Source: Lama guanicoe (taxonomy: Eukaryota). Taken from it: a stretch of DNA of 64,000 nt. The stretch covers positions 5,403,366-5,467,365 of the forward strand of contig MU056050.1 in the NCBI GenBank assembly GCA_013239625.1. The letters run 5' to 3'. The notes beneath the pieces are model-generated. The model did no database searches. It worked only from the letters and a program-made list of their open reading frames with translations, and had not been told where the DNA came from. Position 1 is the stretch's first letter. The number at the start of each line of letters is the position of its first letter. The position numbers and the translations under genes are program-made. This document shows positions 12,490 to 26,374 of the stretch, piece by piece.

Positions 12490-14400
12490 CCCAACCATGA
12501 CAGTAACAAAATTAAACTAAAATTGATTAAAAATTCAGTCCCAAGACAGGATTTTTTGGTGGATTAAAATAAAGAATCGAAATATATGCTATCTACAGGC
12601 GACACAGTTTACCCTCAAATATACAAATGTTTTCAAAGTAAAAAGGCAAAAATTATATCATGCAAAGAACAACATAAGACAGTTAGAGGGGTTATTTTAA
12701 TATCAAAAATAGCATTTGAAACATGTTGCTAGAGATAAAGATAGACATTATATAATAGTAAGAGGGTAAATTTATTAAAAATACATAAAAAGTATGAGCC
12801 CATATATACACCAAACAAAACAGCCATAAAAGACATGACATAAAAACTGACGGTAATAAAGAGAGAAATAAAAAATACAATAATAATATAGACTTGAATA
12901 CAGCACAATTAATAATGAATAGAACAAATAGGCAAAAGATTAACAAAGAAACAGAAGATCTGAACACCACTATACAATAACTAGATCAAATGAACACAAA
13001 TTACTCTCCAGGTTAGACCTTATGTTCGGCCATTAAATAATCCTCAATAATTTTTAAATTATTAAAAGCATACAAAGTCCATTCTCCACTGAAAATGGAA
13101 TGTAATTGGAAATTCAATTCACAACAAAACTTGGAAAACTCAAAATTATGTGGAAAAAAAACACAACATCCCTAAATAACTAACTGGTAAAAGAAAAAAT
13201 ATCACAAGAGTAATTAGAAAGTACACTGAGATGAATGAAAATAAAAACTGAAGAGATGCAGTAAAAGCAGTCAGTAGAGGTAAAGTCACTGTTGGAATTG
13301 CCTTTCACTCATATACGGAATACAAAAAATTACACAAACAAAACCAAAATAAATTAAAAAACCAGATCAAACAAAAACAAACATATAATTCAGAGAACAC
13401 AATATTGGTTATCAGAGAAGGAGGGGGAGGGGAGGGTGAAATGAGAAAAAAGATCAACTGTGTGGTGATGGGTGGAAACTAAATTTTTGGTAGTGAGCAC
13501 ACAGTAGGAACGTAATATTGTACACATGAAACATACATAATAGTATAAATCAATATTACCTTAATAAAATATAAATTAAAAATAGTTATAATTACCTATA
13601 TTAAAAAGAATAAAAATCCTAAAGTAATAACCTAACCTTCGAACTTACAAAACTTGAAAAATAAAAGAAAACCAAACCAAAAGGAACTGAAAGAAAATAA
13701 CTAGGATTAGAGCATAAATTAATACACTAGAGAAAAGAAAAACAATTGAGAAAATTAGCACAACTAAAATTTGTTCTTGTAAATATTGAAAAAATTGACA
13801 AACTTAGTCTGATATGAGAGAGAGAACAAACTACTAAAAATCATGACTGAAAAAGAGGAGATTAATAATTACCTTAGAGAAAACAAAAGGATTATAAAGG
13901 AACACTCTAAACAATCACACATCAACTAATTAGATAACTTAGGAGAAATAGATCAATTTCTAGAAAAAGACCAACTACAAATACTGTCTCAAAATAAAAT
14001 AGTAAACCTAGACAAACTTGTAACAAAACAGGCTAAATTAGCAACGTTTACACTACTGAGAAAATAAAAGACCAGGATATTATTGCTTCACTGGAGAATT
14101 TTAGCATGCGTTTAAGATAATTAATACTAATCCTTCATGATCTTTCTCAAAAATGAAGAGTAAGGAATACTTCCCAACTTATTTTATGAGTCCAGTAATA
14201 ATGTGATATCAAAATCTCAGACAGGATATCACAAGAAAAGGAAATCATAAATCAAGAACTCTTATGAGTAGAAGGAAAAAAATCATTAACACAATACTAG
14301 TTTACTGAAACCAGAAATATATAAAAGGGATTATGCACCAAGAACCAGTGGGATTTACCCCAGGAATTCAGGGGATGGTCTAATATTCCAAAATCATATC
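12490..14400 (+). mobile_element. LINE-1 ORF2 fragment (EN to pre-RT), interrupted by an L1 3' end
   Basis: A second EN start 'atatgctatctacaggcgacacag' at ~12585; the element continues to 'gtgggatttaccccaggaattcagggg' (QVGFIPGMQGW-like) at ~14350. Confidence 0.8.
13300..13583 (+). mobile_element. 5'-truncated L1 3'UTR (L1MA9-like) with A-rich tail
   Basis: 'tttcactcatatacggaat', a G-rich tract, then 'tgtacacatgaaacatacataat...ccttaataaaatataaattaaaa'. Confidence 0.8.
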
Positions 14401-17400
14401 ACCCATTTTGGTGATGGATGATGGTTGCTCAACTCCTTAAATATACTGAAATCCATTGCATGCTACACTTTAAATAGATGAATATTTTTGGTATATGAAT
14501 TCTATCTCAACAGTTGTTTTAAAAAAAATCTGTCCTCTGTAAATATGTATTATCCTTGCCATTAACTTATTATCCTAAGAGTGTTTCCTTCTCTACTACA
14601 AATCATTAGGCAGAAGCTGAGTTTATTATACTGAATGAGAATAAATAAATGAAGATTTAAGGGCTTTCTGAGTAGTATGGATATTCACATTAACTTACAT
14701 GGAGCAGAATGTAATACCATCTTTTTGTGAAGTATGCAGCCAAGTCATCTGCTACCAATCAAGCTCCTTCTGTTTCTTAAACTCAGTTTTTTGGTCTTTG
14801 AAAAAGAATTCAATTTCATCTCCATGTTTTCATATTCCTACCTTAATCTTATATGTTTTTGACTGTGTTTCCCTTTCTCAATTTAAACAGCATATTATCT
14901 TTCCTAAAGAATTTCTTATCTCTAAGGTATAATTTCTGTTACATTTTAATAATATCTTCAGTAGTTATGCATTCTGAATTCATCCTGAAGTGACACAGAA
15001 GATTCCTATCAATTAGAACATAAAAGGATCCAAGCACACTTTACTATGTTTAAAGCAAAATGGTAGGTCACAGCTAATTTTTCACTGGATTACTTTTAGA
15101 TATATTTTTGAAGGATATAAAAACCAGAATTGTTGTATTTGTTATTGATCTGTAGGATACCCATAGATTCCCTTTTGTTTGATTTTCAGGGAAAAACAAG
15201 AAAAAGGAAAAGAAAATACAATCAAAGGGCATTAAGTGACTTTCAGAATTGTAACCCTAATAAAAATCTTTTTAACCAATATCATATTGATGTTCTCTTC
15301 ATTCATCTCTTATGGAGAATTTTCCCTATTATCAAATTATATTTACTACCTGGAGTTCTCTGTAGATATAACTCCACATCCAAACCTTTATTTAACCTCC
15401 AATCTTTAATAAATGGAACTGTTGAATGAACCCTGCCACTAAGTCACAAGCAAAGACTAATAAAGCTTTTGTGGTTATTTGAACATAAGAGAGAAAACAT
15501 TTACTTCTATTATAAAAACACTTTATAAGAATAAAGGACATCAGGGATTCACATTACAAGATGTTTGATGGTATAGTCAACAAAAGTAATCAAAGTGGAA
15601 AAGTCAAGAAAAATAATACCCATATGGAGCTTCTGGCTACTGTTCATAAGCACTAAGTTTATTTTTATAAGGATTAATTCAACAACAACAACAACAATAA
15701 ACCGACTTCAGAGAGTCAAATCCAAATCCAACAACTTTGAAAGAATTCCTCAGATGTGTTATTGTCCATTTGATGAAGATTTGTTAGCTTGACTTTCAAA
15801 ACTGTCAGTGTACTGCATAATATGATTACTAGCTATAGTGGTATAAAAGCCTGTAATGATGGAGTTACCTGATGCCAATTAGCAAGGCACCCCACTGTAC
15901 TCCTTGGTCAGGGAATGTTGAGATCTTTGAATAATGAAAGAGAAGGATATAGAGGATTTAAGATATGATGGGAAACAATTTCTGACCAATGCTTGCAACA
16001 TTTAACAAGTACATTATAAAATATTTTAAGAAAGAACAGAATCTAACATCATAATATATTTCTTACTGTAAAGAAAACAGTAAGAGAAAAATATTCCTTT
16101 AACTGAATATAGATAGAAGTTTGCATTTTTGAGAGGAAAAGCTAATGAAACAATAGGAGCAAATACTAAACAGCATAATCATTTTATTTATATTGAAATT
16201 ATTTAGGTTTCTGAATTATTTCCATGGGGCCATTATATTATATAGAAATCTCCTGATAAGAAACTGACCAGATATAATGCTTTTTGAAATATTGTGTGAT
16301 TCAGATGTTCAGTTATATGTATATGTGGAACCATCCCAATCAATAAAATGAACAAACCTCTTCTAAAACTTTACTTACACTTATTTGTATAGTCTTGTAT
16401 CTAATGAATTTAATACGTGCTACTCAATTTATTTTTAATAAAATCTATTTCAACTGAATTTTCTAAAAATTTACACTTTTCTATATTGTTTGATCAATAG
16501 ACATTCTGTGGGAGTTGACCTTAATAAAAATGATAACAGAATAAACAATATTAAAATGTATTTGTGATCTGTTTTATTTGAAAGACATTCAGAGTCAATA
16601 TATTTTTAAATGCACATGTTATTGAATTTTAAAGCACTCTTTAATTAAGTGTTGTACATGGACAAAATTATAGAGCCATGTGATAATGCAAAGTGAAGTG
16701 TAAAACTCCGAACTCCTCCTCAGTACAATAATATTAAAAATAGTATAACATGTTTCTCCCCTTTGTCCCTCATAGCAACACTATGTTTTTTTTTCTGTGA
16801 AAGAAAATACTGTAACAGTTTTCTCCCTTTTCCCAAGCTTTCAAAATAGCTGATTTGTAAGCTGCAAAATCACCACATATTTAAAAAAACAATCAAAGTG
16901 CTATCCTAATGCATAAACATTCACGATATAATTGGCAAATTTTGGCATCAAACAAACCTCCTGGTGACTTATTAAGGATCTCACAAAAGTCTACAAATGG
17001 AAGAAAACTTAAATGTATAATTCCTTTAGGTACTGGTATTTAAAAAAAATAAAAAGATTTGTTACTACAATCTCAGAGGACAGGAATTGCCAGGATCTGT
17101 GATTTATAGATTACTGCACTACCATCAAGGAAGAATATTTGGCAAGGGATATAAAGTCGAGGCACAGTGAAATGACAGGGTAATAAAAGTTATAATGAAA
17201 TCCAGGCAGAGAGTTTAAAGACTAGATTTGGATTTAGGTTTACCATATACTCTTGCCAAGATCTTTATCAATTAACTGAGTTAATTTTTGTCTGTCTTTC
17301 TAGTCTGTAATATCTGATTAACAATGCTCCTCTGTGTACCCACCATCACAATGTGATGACAGAAAATATTAACTGCACATTCTATTAAGGTATGCTTTCA

Positions 17401-17494
17401 TCATCTAAAAAATAAGCCAATTAATCTCATAATAATGATTAAAATAGTAAGATATTATTAATTTATTAATTTGTTGACATTCCGGTAGTCAGGA

Positions 17495-17860
17495 ACAAGT
17501 ATTTATTGAGTGCTTACAATGTGCCAGATGCTATATTAGGTACTAGAGATTCAAAGGTAAAGATGATGAATAAGAAGAGTCTTGAGTTCCAGGGAACTTA
17601 TAATTTAGTGGGGCATATAGATACATATTTAGGCAATCATAATAGAGTAAAGTGCTGTAATGCATGAAATAGGAAGTGGACTGGAAATACAGAATTGAGG
17701 TAGAGCTGTTTTGGGGGGCTTCCTGAAGGAGGATTACTATGTATTTAACCCTGAATAAAGAGTGAAGGGAAACAACAAATACAAAAGACCAGAGGGAGGA
17801 GAGAATGTAGCAAATTGTAAGTGAAATAATTTCTATAAGGCTGGAGCTTATACAATGTAG
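17495..17860 (-). mobile_element. LINE-2 3' end fragment
   Basis: 'caagtatttattgagtgcttacaatgtgccagatgctatattaggtactagagat' is the reverse complement of the L2 3' terminus. Confidence 0.75.
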
Positions 17861-20599
17861 ATTAAAAGGAAAATCAAGTCTTTTCGATATTCATGTCAGT
17901 TTTCAATTAGTGACATACTGAAGGACTCTATGATCAGTAATTGTGAGTTATATTCTTTAATGCAAATGAGAGTTGAACTAGGAGAATCAGGTAGACTATT
18001 CAGTAATTGGTGCATCAAAGTGCATTATTTTTAAAAAAATTAGGAATGATAAATTAGGTAAATAATGAAAGCATTCTTAAAAGTTAATGCAACTTGCTAT
18101 AATAACATTCATCTTTGAGAAAAATACTGTTCATTTCCCTTTGGCAACTCCTCTATTTCTCTACTCTACATCCTAGCAAAACTCTCAAAATAGACGTTTG
18201 TAAGCACTCTCCTGGTCTCCAATCTTCCCTTGTACCCTCTCCAAACAGGCTTGCGTGATAAACATAAGTTTTTATTAGTATAAATATATAACACTTTTAT
18301 CCAAAAAGTTAATGCAACTTGACGCATATTAATACAGTTAAGTCAATCAACTTTTCGTGAAATTGAGTATGCTTGAAATTTAGCCAGAAATATTGACTAG
18401 AAATTAAGAATTGTACATTGTTCAATGGACTTTCTAACCTGAAAAATCTCCATGAAAGTGGTTATTTAGACCAACATAAATCTGAAGACTATTACATAAA
18501 AAGGAAAACCATGAGTATAATGCCATTACTTACTTGTTACTCAAGTATTTTATCAGCAAAAAGTCTTTACACCTTTATCTGTACTCACAGGATACTCATC
18601 CAAAGTGTATACAAAGAAAATGTTAGGCCAGTAAAAATTTTTTAGAGTCATAATGGATGACTGGAGATACTAAGCATCTTGAAAAGGCCTTCCAATCAAC
18701 ATAACAAGATTCGTCTCCACTTAAATGTGGAAGGTAGCCATCTAAATGAAAAACTGCAAATTGTGCTCTCAGGTTTATTCTGCGATCTGAAATTGTCAGC
18801 ATTAGATTACATTTTTTTAGATTCAGATACGGCTTCCAGAAAGCACCTGCTAATGCTTACAGCTACCAGGGATGGATACTTTATTAATTCTGAAAATTAC
18901 TTATCAGATTATCTAACTCCCACTAGCAAACAGCAAGCAGACCAAGGTATTTCCCAAGAAATCAAAAAATGGATGATTAAATCAGGTATGGAAAGAAGGG
19001 CAGAAGAGACATTCTTTCACAAAAAACAATGAGAACAATTGTAGATAAAAATTGGTCTAGCTGATGTATTGTGTAAAGTTTGCTTATTGTTCATAAACCT
19101 TCTCATATATATGACTTTATGATCACAAAATCTCATTCTCTCCTAAATTTATCTTTTCTCCCACCATGAATTTACAAATAAATGAACCCGTACAGTTAAA
19201 GTCTATGATTTCTGTTCCTGGGCTTGCTTTGACATGGTCTTTGAGAAAGAAGACAGCAAGGTAGGGAGCTATTTGCTTGAACATAAAAATAATTTAGAAG
19301 TAATTAGGAATAGCTTTGTGGGAAGTGAATGGCATATAGCAAGCATATGCACAATCACTTGCATGTGGTTTCATTTATTTTTAATACAAGGGATAACAGT
19401 TAGTCAAAGGCCACTCCATAGCTTTGCTGTTTAGTATGCCACGTACTACAAAAGAAGAAAAATCAAGTACTATTTATTCTGCAGTACAAAACCAGGAAGT
19501 AAACAAAGTTTTCCATAAATAGGATTTCTTAAGAATTCTCATAATTTAGCCCTGAAGACCACAGGTCAAAAACTAAAAGTGGGAATTGAGAAGAACAGTC
19601 AGTCATTTCCAAAGTGAAAAATATCTAGGCACGACTTTTGGTAAAAATTGGCAATGACTGGTAATGATTCCAGCTTCGAATTGTTTCATTTTTTGCTGTT
19701 TCTTGTATGTGAATAGAATTATACTGAGGCACCTTTGACTAAGATTTCTAAGTGGCAAAGCTGTTTTGTGTGTGTGTAGTGTATGTTCATTTGTGATTAT
19801 ATAAGCATCTGTTACAGTTGATGGCTGAAGAGGCAAATGGATAAAAAAAAAAATCATATAAACCTACAGCTGTTGCCAGTAAGGATATCTTTAGGGAATG
19901 TGTTCTTATCTACAAACGTTTAGGAGCTCAGAACTCTTGAAATTTCTGCAATGATGAATAGCAGTTACTATTAGATTATTCAAAATGAATCATCTCTATT
20001 TTCTAAACAGTAACAAAAAAACCAAGGAAAATGTTTTTTGACAAGATATCATAGAATTCCTTTGGACTATTTCTATGAATGCTGTTGTAGCTATTGTTAT
20101 GGAAGGATATGGAAAAGTACATTAAGACTACAATAACACAAGTCACACATGAGCAAATACTATAAGGGGCAATACTATTGGATAACAGAGATCTTACCAT
20201 GCACCAGACATCGAGGATATATCTAACATAAAAAAATCTAATAGAGATACATGTACATGAATAAATATTCGGAGAAATATTGCTTATCGGCCCCTTTAAA
20301 AACTTTCCTTCAGCATACTTCAAGTAAAAATCACTCAGTTGCCAAAAAGTTAATGCAATATTAGCCTCTACTGATGAAGTTACAGAGGTGACAACATACA
20401 TTTTACGTTAAGCAGGTCATATACATATATCAGTAAAGGGACCAAGTCTCATTAGACATTTTATTCCCTTACCAAAATATGCTTTGTATATAAGAGATGC
20501 CCAGTAACCAACAATTAGACTGGTGGATAAAATGCTAAGTTATGTGAAAAAAAGATAAAAAGAAATATAGAGACAATTCTGAGAAGGAGGATAGACGAA

Positions 20600-21041
20600 T
20601 AGCTGTGTTACAATATGTGTTCGTCTATTTTTTTGACGAATACAAACACTAATCTGGTATTTCGGACCCTCCTTTGCAGACAAGTTCAATCATATTACTG
20701 GTTTTCTGAAAATGTGATTCATCAGAAATTATGTATGTACCTTCTGGAAATTACATAGGTAGAGGTGCCACTTCTTTTCCTTTTAATAGGTGGCTGGAAT
20801 GCAGACTCAGTAAGTGAAGCTGGAGAAGCCATTGTCCATCCTAAGGTTGAAACCATATCTTAGAACTGTAGGGAAACAATCTAGAAGTAGCTCACAGACT
20901 AGAAATCATAGAATTTCTATACCGGCCCTGGAATGCGTATCTCTGGAATTTGTTTATGTGAAAAAAGAAGTAAGTTTCTCTTATTTGGAATAATATCAGT
21001 TTGGGTCTTCTGTTACTACCAACTAAGCATTTACTAATTCA
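20600..21041 (+). mobile_element. MLT1-family (ERVL-MaLR) solo LTR, MLT1J/K-like
   Basis: 'ggctggaatgcagac...gctggagaagccatt', 'ccggccctggaatgc..atctctggaatt', and a terminal 'tttgggtcttctgttact...actaattca'. Confidence 0.7.
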
Positions 21042-21327
21042 GTTCTCTTCAAGTATTTTGTAAGTAATTATGCAGAATTTGGATCACATATTTTCCATGA
21101 AACTCTGGAGGCAGAATTTGTATCACTTAGTGGAAGCTATAAGGAAACATACTTGACTGACAAGAAGAATATTCTAAACTGTAGAGTCACCGCAAGAAGA
21201 AAGGAAAAGATATCCAATAATAGTGATGGCAATCTAGGTAATATAAAAATACCTGCTTATTGAGTAAAATCAGAAAAGCTTGGCACAGTCGCAATATCAC
21301 AAAAACCTGCTTAAAAGCAATTTAGAG

Positions 21328-22756
21328 GAGAAGATCAAGACAGCAGAGTAGAACGTGGCGCTCACCTTCTCCCACAAATATATCAAATGTACATTGACGT
21401 GGGGGGCAATTCTCACAGAATAACTCCTGAAAGCTGGCAGATCTCATACAAACAAAGCTGCCAGAAACATCACCACATAATTGGGTAGCATGAAAGGAGA
21501 AAAAAAGGAATCGGGAGGGGACCTGCACACCTGGAAGGGAGCTGTGAGAAAGGAAAGGTTCCCTCACAACAGGAACCTCCTTCCCTGGCTGGCAGGTCAA
21601 CAGGGACAGTCGGAGAGCTTAAGAGTCTCAAAAGTAGAGTGCAAGAGCCGGCTTGTGGTAGGCAGGGTAGAGAGACGAATACAGACAATCCTTGCCATGT
21701 CGCTGAAGTTCCCAGCCTGGAATGTGAGCTTGTTGGTATGCATGCCACATGGATGCCGAAACTCAGGCTTCAGTGGACAGACCCGGGAAGAGGATTAATT
21801 TGGCTGTGTGTAAGACAGCCTGAAGGGCAAGGAGTGTGGTCCAGGCCACAACTGAGGGTGCCCACAATAAAGAGTGTGAGTCTGCCATAGGGGCCCCATT
21901 GTCTGCACAGAAGGGAGGAGCATGGCCCCAACAAAGCAGCGTTATTGACAAAATGTTCACAGCCAGCACAGTTCTGGGTGATAGGAGTTTTGGGAGCACA
22001 CAAGCATCAGGGGGTTGTGTACACAGGGAGGCAAGCTGAAATCTTCGCCTATATCAGCACTGTAACAGTGGGTGAAGAGATGTGGCTTCAGTGGGGTTAT
22101 AGAAAACAGTATAGAGGTTATTTTAACATTAAAAACAAAGTTACCATATAATTCAGCAGTCCCACTCCTGGAAAGATATTTGGAAAAATTCTAATTTGCA
22201 AAGATACACATACCACAATATTCATAGCAGTGCAATTTACAATAGCAAAGATGGGGAAGCAACCTCAGTGTCCATCGACAGATGACTAGATAAAGAACAT
22301 GTGGGATATTTATACAATGGAATACTACTCAGCCACAAAAAAGAATAAAATAATGCCATTTGCAGCAACATGAATGGACCTAGAGATTATCATACTTACT
22401 GAAGTCAGAAAGACAAATATTATATATCACTTATATGTGGAATCTTTAAAAAGATAGAAAACGAACTTATTTATAAAACAAACACAGATTCACAGACAAA
22501 GAAAACAAAGTTATGGTTAGCAAAGGGGAAAGGGGGGTGGAGGAATAAATCAGGACTTTGGGATTAACAGATATATACTACTATACATAAAATAAATGAA
22601 CAAGGACCTACTCTATAGCACAGGGAAATGTATTCAATATCTTGTAATAATCTAAATGGAAAAGAATCTGAAAAAGAATATATATATATAAATCACTTTG
22701 CTATACACCTGAAACTAACACAGTATTGTAAATCTATTATACTTCAATTAAAAAAA
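21328..22756 (+). mobile_element. Internally deleted LINE-1: ~770 bp 5'UTR joined directly to the ORF2 end, 3'UTR and poly(A)
   Basis: The 5' end resembles the L1 start at 4917. Junction near 22098 into 'tatagaaaacagtatagagg'. Poly(A) at ~22750. TSD-like aaaagcaatttagag (21313-21327) and aaaagacaattcagag (22753-22768). Confidence 0.85.
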
Positions 22757-22999
22757 GACAATTCAGAGCTACAAATGTGGCAAAAATCCTATGCAACTAA
22801 GATTTGGGAGAAGATGGAAAACCAGAGGTGTATCCAGCATTTATGGTAGCTTTTTTTTTTTTTAAAGAGGCACTTGCTAATTCCTAAAGAAGCATTAACT
22901 GGCAAAAATACTGAGAATAGATTTGGAGAATCTTATATGGCAAAGGAGGACAAAATTGGAGGTAAAATCTCTCAAGGAGGGAACACCCTGGTAAAATTC

Positions 23000-25765
23000 T
23001 CAGGCTTTGAAATGGAACCCTTAAAGATTTACATCCTAGAAATAAGATGGCACTTATCACTATCAGTGATGGGAGCACAGTGTTAAATCACCTTAATCCC
23101 TATTATTTGATTTAGGTGATTAGAGATTACCAGTGCACTAGACACCAGCCAGAATAAAAAGTAAATTTCTGCTTAGAGAAAAAAATTCATAATTGGCCTG
23201 AAATTACTGTTATATTTTTCATAAGCAGTATTCTAAATAAAAAATGAGACACACAATGAAACAAAAAATGTACCAAATAGAAATCAAGGAAAAAAAATCA
23301 AACATTGAAAACAAAACCATGGAAGTAAAAATAATGGTATTATTAGATACAGACCTTAAACTATACCTAATTTTTCAACTACATAAAAAAACAAGATCAA
23401 AACTGAATTGAGAATGACAAAGTAAAAAAAAAAATTAAATGGAAATTCTAAAAACACAGTAATTAAAATAAAGAATTCATTGTATGTTTTAACTATAGAT
23501 TGGAGGAATAAAAACATATTTAGAAAATAAAAGATAATAAAACTGTATAGAATAAAGCATACAAAACCAAAAAAAGTTTAGAGACAGAGTGTATAAAGCA
23601 TGAAACTCTAGCATGTGTAATTGGCATTTCAGCAAAGGGCTAGAGGAAATGTGACAAAAGCAAATTTAGAGACGACTGAAATTTGTCTAAAAGGGACACG
23701 GCTGAAAAGATTCAAATTCAAAAGAACCTAAGCACACTAAGTAGGATAAACTAGAAGAAAACTATACAGAGGAATTTTAGAGTCAAACGAAGATAAAGGG
23801 AAAAATAAAAAAATATTATCCAAAGAAAAAGTAATTTTAAATATAAACAATTAGAATTCAACATGTTTTCAAATGTAAAAAGGGAGCCAGAAAACAATGA
23901 TATAATATATTCAGCATTCTGAAATAAATTCTAACCTAGAATAAATGCTATACTGAGCACAAGTATTCTCCATGAGTGCATATGTAATAGAAAAGTTTTC
24001 ACATAAGCAAAAACTACAATTATTTGTCATCATCAGACTCCAATAAACATTAAAGGACACTCTTGAGAGAGACGGTAAATTATCTCAGATGGCATAGCAT
24101 ACATGTGTCAAGCACAAATGGCATATTTATATAATTTTCTAAAATGGCACATGAAAATCATACAGAGTATGTTCTGAAAAGATAGGAATCAAGCTAATAA
24201 TCCATTCTTAAAACCATAAAAATGCCTGTATGCTTTAGAAGAAAGTAAAACATTTCTAAATAACCTACAGATAAAAAAATTCAAAATTGAAATTAAGATT
24301 GGTTAAATGTAATGGTAATGTACCAAAATTGTGGAATGTGACTAAAATCAACATTAGAGAAAAATTAATAGAATTAATGTATATATTAGAACAAAGGTTG
24401 GAAAGTAATGACAGTAGGCAACAACATATAATACAAATTAAATTCAATTATATGTCAAACATAAATAATACAGGTAATCTAAAGATCAATCCATCACTAT
24501 TTATAGATATAAATATTAAAATCTGATATAAATTTTAATTCCAAAATAGTAAAATTTTTCTTCAAATGGACACAACCTTTTCAATAAAATAATTTCATAG
24601 TCCAATTAAAATTCATAGCTTCTATTCATGAAAATACATTAAAAGAAGGAAAACAAAAGCCCCAGACTGGGAAAATAAAGGTTTCATATAGAAAATGTAT
24701 AAAAAACTAGTATAAGTAATATTGAAAGAGTAACAACCTAATAGAAATACAAAAAGGAAGCTTAAATAGAGACTACCCAAAGAGCCAATATATATGAAAA
24801 TATGAAAATCTTCCATAATCAGGAAAGTGAAAATTTAATCCAGAATGAGATTCAGTTGCTCATCCATGAAAAATGCTACAATAAAAATAAAACTAAGAGT
24901 GAAAATACCATGATTATTGGAAAGCATGTGAAGTAACTGGATCTACCATCTATTACTGATAAATGTGTAAACTGGTACAATCATATGCAAAAAATTATCT
25001 ACAAAAATTGATCTAGCAAATTCCCTATCAGGTATTTACAAACAGAAATGGGAGAATATTTGTACCAAAAGACATGTACAATATTTTTATTACAGCATTA
25101 TTTCTGTAAATTGAAATTCTGTGGAATACTCTAAAAGAAATAGAGCTCATATGCAGCATAGATGCAGTTCACAGACAAAGTGATAAGGGGAAGAAGCTGT
25201 GCAAAAAGAACACCAAGCTTATGACTCCATTATTTAAATTTCAAAAACAGACAAAATTTACCTATGAAATTACAAGCTAGAATACTGATGATCTTTAGAG
25301 AAGAAGCAGTGACAAGTGATTAAAAAAGAGAACAAGGGGTGATCAGAAATGCTAGTTACCTCCCATGCTTAATTAGATAGTGATTAAACAGGTGAGTTCA
25401 CTTTATGATAATTAATTGAGATGTAAATTGCAATTTATGTACTTTTGTCGTTGATGTTTCAATTCAGTAGAGTTCCTAAACTTCAGTGACAAAGTTAAAA
25501 TAATACTTAAGAGAATATAAAATCTGAAATTAATATATTTAAAAATTAACATGAATGAAAATCAATAAGCTGAGAATTCAACTCAGAAATAAGAAAAAAC
25601 AGTAGCACATTAAACTCAAAGGTAAAATAGAAAATGGAAGTAAAAACAAAATAAATTAATGTGATAAAATTATACTACACACAGAACCAACCAAACTAGT
25701 TTCTTAAAAAGACTAATAAAATTGATAAACCTTGGTGAGTCCAATGAAGTGCAGGCATGAAAACT
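23000..25765 (+). mobile_element. Mosaic of ancient LINE-1 fragments (ORF1-like, EN end, L1ME-like 3' end)
   Basis: ORF1-like 'gagccagaaaacaatgatataatatattc' (~23885); 3' end words 'accaaaagacatgtaca' and 'gagttcactttatgataattaattgag'. Confidence 0.65.
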
Positions 25766-25768
25766 GCA

Positions 25769-26319
25769 TGTATTAAGAGTTCTCCAGACAAATAGAACCA
25801 GTAAGATATAGATATAGATACATAAGAGGAAATTTATTTTGGAAATTGATTTATGCAATTATGGAGACTGAGATATGACACAATACACTGCAAGTGGGAG
25901 AACCAGGAAAGCCAGTGATATAATTGAGCCCAAGTACGGAGATCTGTGAACCAGTTGAGCTGATGGTGTAACTCCCAGTTTAAGGCAATAGTCCTGATAC
26001 TTGGGAATGTGGTTTACAGGTGCAAGCTCAAAGGCCAGAGAACCAGACGCACTAATATCTAAGGGCAGAAAAAGATGGATGTTATTAGCTCAAAAATAAA
26101 AATAATTCACCATTACTCTAACTTCTACTTTTATATAGGCCAGCAATGAAAAGGATAATGCCTGCTCACACTGATGAAGAGAATACGCTTTACTCATTCT
26201 ACTGATTCAAGTGTTAATTTCCTCCACAAACATTCATATACACACCCAGAAATAATGTTTTACTAGCTATCGGATATGCCATAGCCGCGTCAGGATTATA
26301 AGTAAAATTAATTATCATA
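25769..26319 (-). mobile_element. MLT2 (ERVL) solo LTR
   Basis: Begins tgtattaagagttctccagacaaatagaacc and ends aaaattaattatcata, the reverse complements of the MLT2 termini. Confidence 0.9.
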
Positions 26320-26374
26320 AGAGGACATCACTAAAGATCAATAAACACTTCAAGAAGTCTACATGAAATGGAGG

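Noticed and set aside
17200..17410. MIR fragment
   Set aside because: Resemblance too weak to support by eye.
21322..22151. Cluster of overlapping ORFs
   Set aside because: By-product of the GC-rich L1 5'UTR (few stop codons).
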